Below, one piece after another: positions 19,152-28,685 of a stretch of DNA of 64,000 nucleotides. The position numbers were made by a program, and so were the translations under genes. Source of the stretch: Bacteroidota bacterium (GTDB taxonomy: Bacteria; Bacteroidota; Bacteroidia; Chitinophagales; BACL12); assembly GCA_031372705.1 (NCBI GenBank), contig JANMLV010000048.1, forward strand, positions 1,417-65,416, given 5' to 3'. Below the pieces are notes generated by a model that saw only the letters and a list, made by a program, of their open reading frames with translations, searched no databases and was not told the DNA's origin. How positions within the stretch are numbered: position 1 is the stretch's first letter; the number at the start of each line of letters is the position of its first letter.

Positions 19152-20696
19152 GTGGATCGTGCAGAAGAGTTTAAACAAACGATAACCAATGGTTATAATT
19201 TCCAGGGTACATCTATCATTTTAGGTACAGCCATGCTCAACCATGAGCCGTTATTGCAAACGCATGTTAAAGTGCCTTTGCGCATGATGAATCGTCATGG
19301 ATTGGTTGCAGGAGCTACGGGAACCGGCAAAACAAAAACCCTTCAAGGAATAGTGGAGCAACTCAGCGATAATGGTGTTGGTGTACTCATTATGGATATA
19401 AAAGGCGATGTTAGCGGCATGGCGATGGCGGGAACACCTAATCCGAAAATTGATGAACGCATGCAAAAAATCGGTAAAACCTGGGCTTCAAGAAGCTATC
19501 CGGTGGAATTGATGAGCATAAGTAACGAAAAAGGTGTTCGGTTGCGTGCAACAGTTTCAGAATTCGGCCCGGTATTGTTTGCTAAGATTTTGGAGCTGAA
19601 TGATATTCAAGAAGGTGTGGTTTCTTTGGTTTTTAAGTATTGCGACGACAAGCAAATGCCATTGCTTGATTTAAAAGATTTCAGAAAAACACTCAACTAT
19701 TTAACCAACGAAGGCAAAGCAGAAATTGAAGCTGAGTACGGAAAAATTAGCACAGCCAGCGCCGGAACCATCCTCCGCAAAATAATTGAAATTGAAGAGC
19801 AAGGGGCTGATATGTTTTTTGGGGAAAAAAGTTTTGAAGTAGAAGATTTATGTCGCATTAACGATAAGGGTCAAGCTTACATTAATATTTTACGATTAAC
19901 CGATATTCAAAGTAAGCCGAAATTATTTTCAACATTCATGTTGTGTTTGCTTGCAGAAGTATATAACACATTTCCGGAAATTGGCGATAAAGAAGACCCG
20001 AAATTGGTAATTATTATTGATGAAGCACATTTAATTTTTAATGAAGCCAGTAAAAATTTATTAGAGCAAATTCAAACCATCGTAAAATTAATTCGCTCAA
20101 AAGGCGTTGGTATATTTTTCTGCACGCAGTTGCCTACCGATATTCCACCTGAAGTTTTATCGCAGCTTGGTTTAAAAGTGCAACATGCATTGCGCGCATT
20201 TACAGCAAACGATAGAAAAGCAATTAAGTTAACAGCAGAAAATTATCCGCTTACCGATTTTTATAAAACGGATGAATTGTTAACAAATCTTGGAATTGGT
20301 GAAGCAATTATTACGGCATTAAATGAAAAAGGCTCACCGGCTCCTTTAGCACATACTTTATTAGTAGCACCACAGTCGAGAATGGATGTGTTAAGTCCTG
20401 ATGAAATGTCAACACTCTTGCAGCAATCATCATTATCGAGAAAATATAATGAAGATATTGATCGCGACAGTGCCTATGAAATGTTGAACAAGAAATTGGA
20501 AGCAAATGTAAAGGCAGCAGAAAAGGAAAAAGAATTGCAAGAAAAGGAAAAGCAAATTAAACAAGAAGAGCGCGAGCGAAAAGTAACACAGAAAAAAGAA
20601 AAACCGTTAATAGATAAAACTACGCAACATCAAATTACAAGAACAGTAATAAACGTGTTAGAACGTGGTATTTTAGGTTTACTTAAAAGACGTTAA
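19152..20696 (+). CDS. HerA-like ATPase (DUF853 / YjgR family)
   Basis: MNRHGLVAGATGTGKTKT Walker A, LVIIIDEAHLIF Walker B, K/E-rich C-terminal tail. The track ORF start (19029) would overlap radA; I prefer the GTG at 19152. The start is uncertain. Confidence 0.8.
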   Translation: MDRAEEFKQTITNGYNFQGTSIILGTAMLNHEPLLQTHVKVPLRMMNRHGLVAGATGTGKTKTLQGIVEQLSDNGVGVLIMDIKGDVSGMAMAGTPNPKIDERMQKIGKTWASRSYPVELMSISNEKGVRLRATVSEFGPVLFAKILELNDIQEGVVSLVFKYCDDKQMPLLDLKDFRKTLNYLTNEGKAEIEAEYGKISTASAGTILRKIIEIEEQGADMFFGEKSFEVEDLCRINDKGQAYINILRLTDIQSKPKLFSTFMLCLLAEVYNTFPEIGDKEDPKLVIIIDEAHLIFNEASKNLLEQIQTIVKLIRSKGVGIFFCTQLPTDIPPEVLSQLGLKVQHALRAFTANDRKAIKLTAENYPLTDFYKTDELLTNLGIGEAIITALNEKGSPAPLAHTLLVAPQSRMDVLSPDEMSTLLQQSSLSRKYNEDIDRDSAYEMLNKKLEANVKAAEKEKELQEKEKQIKQEERERKVTQKKEKPLIDKTTQHQITRTVINVLERGILGLLKRR

Positions 20697-20728
20697 TAAT
20701 ATTTATAAATTAAAGTATAACTCATAAA

Positions 20729-21739
20729 ATGAACAACCGTATGAAACAATTAACATTTGCAGGTATAGCAGTAATGCTGTTATTGTCAGCCTGTGTTCCG
20801 CAAAAACAATATGCCGACGCAATCAGCGAACGCGATAAATGTTTACAAGATACTGCTGTATTGAAAAGTCAGCTTCGTTCTAAAACTGCCGAAGTAAAAG
20901 ACCTTTCAGCTCTAATTGCCGATATGGAATCCAGTATGTCGCTCATGCGCAAAGATTCTGTTGATGTTCATAGTCGCTACGACCAAATGGTTAAAGCCAA
21001 TGAGCAATTGCGTCAAATTGAAGATATGTTGAATAACAGAATTAACCAGTTGTTAGCATTATCATCAACCGAAAATCAACAATTGCGTGAAGATTTACAG
21101 CGCAAATCTGATGAGTTATTATTGAAAGAAAAAGAATTAAATAACAAAGCACAAATATTAACAGATCAGCAAAAAAGTATCGAGACATTGAGTAAAGATT
21201 TGGAAGATCGTTCTAAGCGTGTGCAGGAGTTAGAAAACATTTTAAATGCACAACAACAAACAGTAATCGATTTGAAAAACTCTATTGATAAAGCATTATC
21301 CGGATTTAGCTCTAGCGATTTAACCGTGGAGCGCAAAAACGGTAAAGTATATGTGTCGCTTAGCGAGAAATTATTATTTGCATCCGGAAGTACAATAGTA
21401 GATCCAAAAGGAAAAGAAGCGTTGAAAAAAGTAGCAGAAGTATTAAAGTCGAATGGAGATATTACAGTTGAAATTGAAGGACATACTGATAATGTGCCAA
21501 TGAAAAGTGCTGCTTTTCCAAAAGATAATTGGGACTTAAGTGTATTACGCGCAACAAGCATTGTTAAAATTCTTTCAATTGATAATGGTGTCGACGCTAA
21601 GCGTATCACTGCTGCAGGTCGTGGCGAATATTTCCCGGTTGCCGATAATGGAACTACCGATGGTAAAGCAAGAAATAGAAGAACAGAAATTATCTTGAGT
21701 CCAAACTTGGATGCATTGTATGATTTGTTGAATAAATAG
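20729..21739 (+). CDS. OmpA-family lipoprotein with an N-terminal coiled coil
   Basis: Lipobox LLLSAC, ~170-aa heptad-rich region, C-terminal OmpA_C domain (GHTDNVP, NWDLSVLRA, NRRTEIIL). Confidence 0.85.
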   Translation: MNNRMKQLTFAGIAVMLLLSACVPQKQYADAISERDKCLQDTAVLKSQLRSKTAEVKDLSALIADMESSMSLMRKDSVDVHSRYDQMVKANEQLRQIEDMLNNRINQLLALSSTENQQLREDLQRKSDELLLKEKELNNKAQILTDQQKSIETLSKDLEDRSKRVQELENILNAQQQTVIDLKNSIDKALSGFSSSDLTVERKNGKVYVSLSEKLLFASGSTIVDPKGKEALKKVAEVLKSNGDITVEIEGHTDNVPMKSAAFPKDNWDLSVLRATSIVKILSIDNGVDAKRITAAGRGEYFPVADNGTTDGKARNRRTEIILSPNLDALYDLLNK

Positions 21740-21772
21740 TAAACGGAACAAGATAAAGTTAGTAATTAGGTA

Positions 21773-22594
21773 ATGGCAGCAATTAAGAAAGAGAAAGATC
21801 AGATGTCCTTTATGGAACATCTTGAAGATTTGCGTTGGCATATTGTGCGGATAATTATTGTAATCTTTTTATTCAGTATTGCATTTTTAATTTATCCTGA
21901 GTTCATTTTTGATAAAATAATATTAGCGCCTAAAAACCCTGATTTTATTACTTATAAATGGTTTTGTGATATTGGTGAACGATTTAATATCGGAGGACTT
22001 TGTTACTCAACTTTAGATTACAAATTATTTTATCTTAATTTATCATCGCCTTTTCTTTTATATATCAAAATTGCCTTTATGGCAGGTGTCATCTTCGCTT
22101 TCCCTTATATACTTTGGGAAATTTGGCGATTTGTAAAACCGGCCTTACACGATAAAGAAAAATCAAATCTTGGCGGATTAATTCTTGTTGCCACATTATT
22201 ATTTTATGTTGGCGCATTGTTCGGCTATTTTTTAATGGCACCGTTTTCTATCAATTTCTTGGCAACATTTACCTTGAGCGATCAAATTGAAAATCAGTTT
22301 ACATTTGATTCTTATCTCGGTATTTTAACAGGTATGGTATTGTGGACCGGTATTATTTTCGAAATTCCTATGGTAGCTTATTTTCTCGCGAAATTAGGTT
22401 TGTTGGGAAGAGAATTTTTGGCAAAAAACAGAAAGTATGCATTTGTTGTTGCGCTTGTATTAGCGGCAATTATTACCCCTTCGGGAGATGTGTTCAGTTT
22501 ATTCTTGGTAGCACTGCCACTGTGGTTGCTTTACGAAGTGAGTATTGTTGTTGTGATGGTTGTGGAGAAGAAGCGGTTGAAAAGTTTAGAATAA
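21773..22594 (+). CDS. tatC: twin-arginine translocase subunit TatC
   Basis: MSFMEHLEDLRWHI start region, six TM segments, PxGDVFS-like block (ITPSGDVFS). Confidence 0.9.
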   Translation: MAAIKKEKDQMSFMEHLEDLRWHIVRIIIVIFLFSIAFLIYPEFIFDKIILAPKNPDFITYKWFCDIGERFNIGGLCYSTLDYKLFYLNLSSPFLLYIKIAFMAGVIFAFPYILWEIWRFVKPALHDKEKSNLGGLILVATLLFYVGALFGYFLMAPFSINFLATFTLSDQIENQFTFDSYLGILTGMVLWTGIIFEIPMVAYFLAKLGLLGREFLAKNRKYAFVVALVLAAIITPSGDVFSLFLVALPLWLLYEVSIVVVMVVEKKRLKSLE

Positions 22595-22601
22595 TTCAGA
22601 T

Positions 22602-22679
22602 AGTTACCATTCTGTCGCCCCTACAGGGCTTGGTATGCCGTATGATTCGCGTGTTACCAATCTGTCGCCCCTACAGGGC
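22602..22679 (+). repeat. two direct copies of a 28-mer (GTTACCAwTCTGTCGCCCCTACAGGGCT), 50 bp apart
   Basis: Copies at 22602-22629 and 22652-22679 differ at one base. Each contains a small ccc...ggg hairpin. Confidence 0.9.
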
Positions 22680-22876
22680 TGGAACCCAACTTCTGTCCGC
22701 GGTTTGGTCTCCCGACCAACCGCTTTCCGGATGATGAATCGGAGCCGTTAATGTTATATCCGTCTCAAATTGGGTCGCAGACCGCGACACGGACTGCGTT
22801 CCTATTACAATATGTGTAGCAGCGCATTTTTCGTGTCGTGTCAGTGCCCCGACTGATTTATCTTACCCCAAAATAG

Positions 22877-22884
22877 TAACTTTG
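22877..22884 (+). promoter_or_regulatory. candidate -7 promoter box (TAacTTTG) for rpiB
   Basis: taactttg ends 4 nt before the rpiB ATG. This would imply a leaderless or near-leaderless mRNA. Confidence 0.3.
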
Positions 22885-22888
22885 TATC

Positions 22889-23332
22889 ATGCAAACCAAA
22901 ACCATCGCCATAGGCTGCGACCATGCGGGCTTTCCTTATAAGGAAGGAATTATTAATTACTTGAGTTCAAATGGATTCACAGTTAAGGATTTCGGAACCA
23001 ATTCTTTAGACTCGGTTGATTATCCGGATTATGTGCATCCATTATCAAATAGTGTTGAATCGGGTGAGTCGGCAATGGGCATTTTGATTTGCGGAAGTGG
23101 AAATGGTGTTTGCCTCACTGCCAATAAGCATCAAGGAATTAGAGCAGCAATGGCATGGCGCGAAGATGTTGCAGCATTGGCACGTCAGCATAATAATGCC
23201 AATGTAATTTGCATTCCTGCCCGTTTCGTTTCATTGGAAGAAGCCGTAAATTTTGTGCATGTATTTTTACACACCGAATTTGAAGGTGGACGTCATGCAA
23301 CGCGTGTTCAAAAAATTACAGATTTTAATTAA
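22889..23332 (+). CDS. rpiB: ribose-5-phosphate isomerase B
   Basis: IAIGCDHAGFPYKE, ILICGSGNGVCLTANK; 147 aa. Confidence 0.9.
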   Translation: MQTKTIAIGCDHAGFPYKEGIINYLSSNGFTVKDFGTNSLDSVDYPDYVHPLSNSVESGESAMGILICGSGNGVCLTANKHQGIRAAMAWREDVAALARQHNNANVICIPARFVSLEEAVNFVHVFLHTEFEGGRHATRVQKITDFN

Positions 23333-23341
23333 TTATTGCTT

Positions 23342-24913
23342 ATGAAATTTTTAGGATTATTATTTATTGCTCTTTTGACAACGAGTGCTGTATTTGCACA
23401 GACGGAAGATTTAGCGGTGAAATACGCAAATACAATTACTGCCGAAGAGTTGCGCAATCATTTAACAATTTTTGCAAGCGATTACTACGAAGGCAGAGAA
23501 ACAGGCACGCGCGGACTCGCAAGAGCAGCCGACTATTTATCCAAACAATTTCAATTATCCGGAATTCCACCAATGAAAAAAATTGGTGGTTATTATCAAG
23601 ATTATCCTTTGGTGGAATTTAAATGGGAAACATCTACTATTTCAACCGAAAAAGATTTATTCGGATTAATGCAAGACTTTTATGGATACGCATCTGCCAA
23701 TACTTCGTTATCATTAAACGCAAATGATATTGTATTTATGGGTTATGGCATTGATGATTCATTATATAGCGATTATGCAAATGTTGATATAAAAGGAAAA
23801 ATTGTTTTAGTAATGTCAGGCGAACCAATGATAAATGGCAAGTCTGTAATTACAGGAACTGATTCAGTAAGTGCATGGTCGAAAGATTGGAGGAAAAAGG
23901 CAAAAGCTGCCACTTCTAATGGAGCTGTATTATTGCTCACCATCGATCCAAATTTATCCGATATTTTAAATAATCCCCAGTGGCGAAATTTTCTTGAAGG
24001 CAGCATGATAAGATTGCAATCGGAATACAAGCAACCTGAATATGCAAATAACTTATTTATTTCGCAACACATGGCAGAAAAGCTGTTGGGGAAAAAGAAA
24101 AAATTCATGCAAAAATCGCTCGATAAAATTGCAGCAACAGGCAAGCCTTCCAATTTTTTAGTAAAAAATACAATTATCGTTAATTTGGTAAAATCAGAAA
24201 GTACCATTTTTGCAGATAACGTTTTGGCCTATGTTGAAGGAACAGATTTAAAAGATGAATTAGTAGTGGTTTCAGCACATTATGATCATCTTGGCATAGA
24301 GGATACAGTTGTTTATAATGGTGCTGATGATGATGGTTCAGGAACGGTAGGCTTATTAGAAATTGCTGAAGCAATGGCTTTGTCGAAAAAGAATGGCGAC
24401 GGCCCAAGACGCAGTGTATTGTTTATTGCATTTTCAGGTGAAGAAAAAGGACTTTTAGGCTCAAAAGCATATACAGAAAATCCGGTTTTTCCTTTCGAAA
24501 ATACTGTCGCTGATTTAAATATTGATATGATTGGGAGGGTAGATGAAGAACATACTTTGCAACCCAACTATGTTTATATAATTGGCAGTAATTTTTTAAG
24601 CACAACTTTGCATAGCATTAATGAAGCGGCAGCAAAAAATTATACGAATTTAGCATTGGATTATAAATATAATTCTACAACTGACCCTAATAGATATTAC
24701 TATAGAAGTGATCATTACAATTTCGCGAAAAACAATGTTCCCGTTATATTTTATTTTAATGGAACACATGCCGATTACCACCAACCAACCGATGATGTAG
24801 AGAAAATAAATTTCGATGTTTACGAAGAACGCTGTCGGTTAGTGTTCCATACTTTATGGATTTTAACTAATCAGGATGCCCGAATTAAAGTAGATGTTGC
24901 TCAGGAAGATTAA
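23342..24913 (+). CDS. secreted M28-family metallopeptidase with a PA-like insert
   Basis: Signal peptide; SAHYDHLG, GADDDGSGTVGLLEIAEA, FSGEEKGLLGS, SDHYNF zinc-ligand blocks. Confidence 0.85.
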   Translation: MKFLGLLFIALLTTSAVFAQTEDLAVKYANTITAEELRNHLTIFASDYYEGRETGTRGLARAADYLSKQFQLSGIPPMKKIGGYYQDYPLVEFKWETSTISTEKDLFGLMQDFYGYASANTSLSLNANDIVFMGYGIDDSLYSDYANVDIKGKIVLVMSGEPMINGKSVITGTDSVSAWSKDWRKKAKAATSNGAVLLLTIDPNLSDILNNPQWRNFLEGSMIRLQSEYKQPEYANNLFISQHMAEKLLGKKKKFMQKSLDKIAATGKPSNFLVKNTIIVNLVKSESTIFADNVLAYVEGTDLKDELVVVSAHYDHLGIEDTVVYNGADDDGSGTVGLLEIAEAMALSKKNGDGPRRSVLFIAFSGEEKGLLGSKAYTENPVFPFENTVADLNIDMIGRVDEEHTLQPNYVYIIGSNFLSTTLHSINEAAAKNYTNLALDYKYNSTTDPNRYYYRSDHYNFAKNNVPVIFYFNGTHADYHQPTDDVEKINFDVYEERCRLVFHTLWILTNQDARIKVDVAQED

Positions 24914-24940
24914 TTAATTTATAGTTTGAAAACCAACTGA

Positions 24941-25444
24941 ATGCCAAGAATTCCGCTTACATTAATTGCTTTGTTTTTATGGTGTTATGTTTACGGTCAA
25001 ACCGTTTATACAGTTGAAACTATACCAAATCCTAAGCTTAACAACAATGGTTATGTCAGCAATCCGGATAGTATTTTGTCTGCGAAAATAGTTGATAGTT
25101 TAAATACAATTTTGGGCACAATTGAAGACTCAACAACCGTTCAAGTAGCTATTGCAGTTGTAAATTCTATTGGCAATGCCGATTCGTATGCATTTCGCAT
25201 TGCTTTAGCTAATTATTGGGGCGTTGGTCAAGCCGATAAGGATAATGGATTATTATTCCTGATTGTTGTAGATAAAAAGCGCATCGAATTAGCGGTAGGA
25301 TATGGTTTAGAAACTGTATTTCCGGATAGCCTTTGTCTGAAAATAATAATGGAGCATATGGTGCCGCTGGCAAAAGATAAAATGTATGGCGAATGTTTAG
25401 TGGCCGGTGTTCAGCAAATTCAATTATACTTGAAAGAAGAATAA
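24941..25444 (+). CDS. secreted TPM-domain protein
   Basis: Signal peptide plus TPM pattern (TVQVAIAVVNSIG, YWGVGQADKDNGLLFLIV, ELAVGYGLE). Confidence 0.8.
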   Translation: MPRIPLTLIALFLWCYVYGQTVYTVETIPNPKLNNNGYVSNPDSILSAKIVDSLNTILGTIEDSTTVQVAIAVVNSIGNADSYAFRIALANYWGVGQADKDNGLLFLIVVDKKRIELAVGYGLETVFPDSLCLKIIMEHMVPLAKDKMYGECLVAGVQQIQLYLKEE

Positions 25445-25453
25445 ATTTTGACA

Positions 25454-26905
25454 ATGAAAAATATTTTTTTTGCTTGCTTGTTTTTTATTGGGTCGGGTAA
25501 TTTATTTGCTCAAACTGCGTATACAGTAGAAACAATTCCGGATCCAAAAAACAATGGAGGTGGATACGTCAGCAATCCCGATAATGTGATAGATGTTTCA
25601 ACTGTGGAAACTATTAATGCAGTATTGCGTGCACTGGAAGACTCAACTACAATTCAAGTTGCCGTTGTTGTTGTAAATTCGATTGGAGATGAAGTGCCTG
25701 CGCAATTTCGAACCGAATTATTCAGGTATTGGGGTGTCGGACAAAAAGATAATGATAACGGATTGTTGATATTGTTAGTAATGGATCAACGAAGAATGGA
25801 ATTTGAAGTAGGTTATGGATTGGAAGGAATATTAACAGATATCATGTGCGTGCGCATTCAGCAAACACACATGGTTCCTTTAGCTAAGGAAGGAAAATAT
25901 AGCGATGCTGTTCTGGCCGGTGTTTTGCAAATAAATAAAGTGTTGGTTGATCCGCAATATCGAGATGAAGTTTACGCAGATAGTCTAAGTAATTCAGGAC
26001 CAATTGCATGGTGGAAAGATACGGTTGCAACGCAGGCTATTTGGATTTTTGCAGGTGTTTATGGATTAATAGCATTTGCAGTATTTAGAGGAAGAAAGAC
26101 GGCTGTTACAAAGGCACCGTCGTATGTAAAAAACAATTTTTCGGATGCATATGCAAATACTAAATTCGCCATTTTAAATCTCGCGGCTCCTGCAACTTTC
26201 ATTGCATGGCAAGAAATTGCGGGAAATTTGCGCATATTCGAATTTGCTGCTTTTATTTATGGTCTGATATTAGTTTTGTTATTGGAAAAAAGATTTCGCG
26301 TTAATAGATACATTTTGAAAGAAGCCAAGAATTTGGAACCTCAAGTAACTTATAATCTTTTTGCAAAATCGCATAGCAATGGTTGGACTGCGGCAAATAT
26401 ATTTTTCCCGTTGCCATTTATTTTTTATTCTTTATTTAACAAATCAAGAATGAACGCACTCCGCAATACTGCTCCATTGGCCGACAACGGCGTGGCAATG
26501 GTAAAAATGAGTGAAAAAGATGACGATGGGTTTCTAAAGGCATTTCAATTAACGGAAGAGCAATTGCGTTCGGTTGATTACGATGTTTGGATTCACGAAC
26601 CAACCAAACAGGTAAAATTATATCGATTTCAAAATTTTTTTAGTAAATACAAGGACTGTCCAAACTGTGCAGCTGTTGCCTACTTAATGACAAAAAATGA
26701 AACACTAGTTTCACCTACTTACGATTCAAGAGGAACCGGACAAAAAACCTATACTTGTAAAGCCTGTAACCATATAAATAAATCAACTTATACAATTGCA
26801 AAACGAACGCGCTCGAGTTCGTCGGGGTCGAGTGGAAGTGGCGGCGGAGGTAGTTCTTGGGGCGGTGGTAGTTCAGGCGGTGGCGGTGGTGGCAGCAGCT
26901 GGTAA
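25454..26905 (+). CDS. TPM-domain membrane protein with a Cys4 zinc-ribbon-like module and a Gly/Ser-rich tail (YgcG-like)
   Basis: The N-terminal TPM domain is paralogous to the preceding gene. Several TM helices. CPNC...CKACNH pair. Tail SSSGSSGSGGGGSSWGGGSSGGGGGGSSW. Confidence 0.75.
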   Translation: MKNIFFACLFFIGSGNLFAQTAYTVETIPDPKNNGGGYVSNPDNVIDVSTVETINAVLRALEDSTTIQVAVVVVNSIGDEVPAQFRTELFRYWGVGQKDNDNGLLILLVMDQRRMEFEVGYGLEGILTDIMCVRIQQTHMVPLAKEGKYSDAVLAGVLQINKVLVDPQYRDEVYADSLSNSGPIAWWKDTVATQAIWIFAGVYGLIAFAVFRGRKTAVTKAPSYVKNNFSDAYANTKFAILNLAAPATFIAWQEIAGNLRIFEFAAFIYGLILVLLLEKRFRVNRYILKEAKNLEPQVTYNLFAKSHSNGWTAANIFFPLPFIFYSLFNKSRMNALRNTAPLADNGVAMVKMSEKDDDGFLKAFQLTEEQLRSVDYDVWIHEPTKQVKLYRFQNFFSKYKDCPNCAAVAYLMTKNETLVSPTYDSRGTGQKTYTCKACNHINKSTYTIAKRTRSSSSGSSGSGGGGSSWGGGSSGGGGGGSSW

Positions 26906-27022
26906 TTTTGCTTTTATTGATTTTAGCTTATTGCTTTATAACGCAAAATTTGCAATAACTTTAAATTATAAATAAAATTTGATATTGTTTTTTGCTTACA
27001 TTTACAGAATGAATTCTTTTGT

Positions 27023-28603
27023 ATGGATAAGCGAAAACAGCGTGCCACTAAGACAAATTTATTGCAATCAATCCAACGAGCTTATCAAATAGCGTTGGGT
27101 AGTAAGCAAAATAATATCCCGCTAAACGAATACAACCAAATTTTATTAAGCAGACGAAAGTTTCTGCAAAATACCGGAAAAGCGTCAATTTTAACTGTTG
27201 CTGCGGGGTCTTCATTTCTTGCTGCTTGCACAACTAAAACAAAACCTGTAATAGTAATTGTTGGAGCCGGTATTGCCGGTTTAAATGCGGCTTATACATT
27301 AAAGCGAGCCGGATTATTTGCTGATATTTATGAAGCATCAGACAGAACGGGCGGTCGCATATTTACTGCAAAAGATATCATGGGTAAAGGTTTAACCACC
27401 GAAATGGGTGGTGAATTTATTGACTCTACACATGAAGATTTATTTAAACTTATAGATACTTTTGATTTACCTTTATTAGATACAGATGTTGAATCAGAAA
27501 AGAAATTAAATCATGCTACCTATTTTTTTAATAATAGGTTACTAACAGATGCTGATATTTTGGAAATGTTTTATCCTTATACAACGCAGTTAGCAGCCGA
27601 TATTGATACAATAAGCGATGTAATTTCATATAAGGAATTTAGCGAAGCCGATAAAAAATTTGATAACATGTCTATCGCCGAATACCTAACATCTATAGGT
27701 GTTTCCGGCGATTTGTATAGTTTGCTCGACGTGGCATATACAACAGAGTATGGCGGCAATATTGCCGAACAATCTGCAATTAATTTTTTAATGTTGATGG
27801 ATCCTGGCATGTCTGATACATTTAATTATTCAGGATACAGCGATGAACGCTATAAGATTAAAGGTGGCAATCAAACCATTACCGATGAGTTGTCAAAGCG
27901 CCTGTCTAAACAGATTTATTTTGCCCATCGACTAGAAGCTATTTATCGAAGTGATGAAAATAGTAAAACAGTGTTGAATTTTCAAACAGAAAGCGGTCCT
28001 AAAGAAGTAATTGCCGATTTTGTTATTTTAACCTTACCATTTACAATTTTGAAAGATGTAAAAATGCAATGTGGTTTCTCCGATTTGAAAATCAGAGCTA
28101 TTAACGAATTAGGATATGGCAGAAATGCAAAGTTTTTTACCGGATTTTCGAAACCGCTTTGGCGCGAACTTGGGTTTACCGGCTTCTCTTTTACAGATAC
28201 TATTTTCCAAAATGGGTGGGATAACAGTCAGCTCCAAATTGGAGATGGTGCCGGTTACACAATTTTTACGGGTGGCAATGCCAGTGATCAACTCGCCAAT
28301 TTCAGCGATTTTGAAATTGCAGCTCAACTAATGCCTGTACTTGAAAATCTTTTCCCCGGCATTACCCCGTTGCAAACACAGAAATTTGCTCGCTACCAAT
28401 GGGCAAGCAGTCCTTTCGCCAAGGCAAGTTATGCATGCTTTAAACCCGGGCAATACACAACCCTTGAAGGAGCCCAGCGGGAGCCTTCAGGTAACATTTA
28501 TTTTGCCGGCGAGCATTGCAGTTTCGAATTTCAGGGATTTATGAACGGAGCTGCGCAAACCGGTAGAGAAGCCGCAGAAGCAATAATACAGGCAATTGGA
28601 TAA
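27023..28603 (+). CDS. Tat-exported lipoprotein, flavin-dependent amine oxidase family
   Basis: Twin-arginine signal SRRKFLQNTGKASILTVAAGSSFLAAC (lipobox); FAD fingerprint VIVGAGIAGLNAAYTLKRAG...YEASDRTGGR; C-terminal FAGEH block. Confidence 0.8.
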   Translation: MDKRKQRATKTNLLQSIQRAYQIALGSKQNNIPLNEYNQILLSRRKFLQNTGKASILTVAAGSSFLAACTTKTKPVIVIVGAGIAGLNAAYTLKRAGLFADIYEASDRTGGRIFTAKDIMGKGLTTEMGGEFIDSTHEDLFKLIDTFDLPLLDTDVESEKKLNHATYFFNNRLLTDADILEMFYPYTTQLAADIDTISDVISYKEFSEADKKFDNMSIAEYLTSIGVSGDLYSLLDVAYTTEYGGNIAEQSAINFLMLMDPGMSDTFNYSGYSDERYKIKGGNQTITDELSKRLSKQIYFAHRLEAIYRSDENSKTVLNFQTESGPKEVIADFVILTLPFTILKDVKMQCGFSDLKIRAINELGYGRNAKFFTGFSKPLWRELGFTGFSFTDTIFQNGWDNSQLQIGDGAGYTIFTGGNASDQLANFSDFEIAAQLMPVLENLFPGITPLQTQKFARYQWASSPFAKASYACFKPGQYTTLEGAQREPSGNIYFAGEHCSFEFQGFMNGAAQTGREAAEAIIQAIG

Positions 28604-28685
28604 ATTTGCCTCACTTTATGCTTAAAATTGTCACGGAATTGGTGCTATGGCACTATTCTTGATTTCAAACTCAAAAAACAGCAAT

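Noticed and set aside
22342-22734. 130-aa ORF running from inside tatC into the GC-rich spacer
   Set aside because: It is out of frame within tatC, and its tail simply translates the 28-mer repeats (LSPLQGL / ICRPYRAG). It is an artefact of the repeat DNA.
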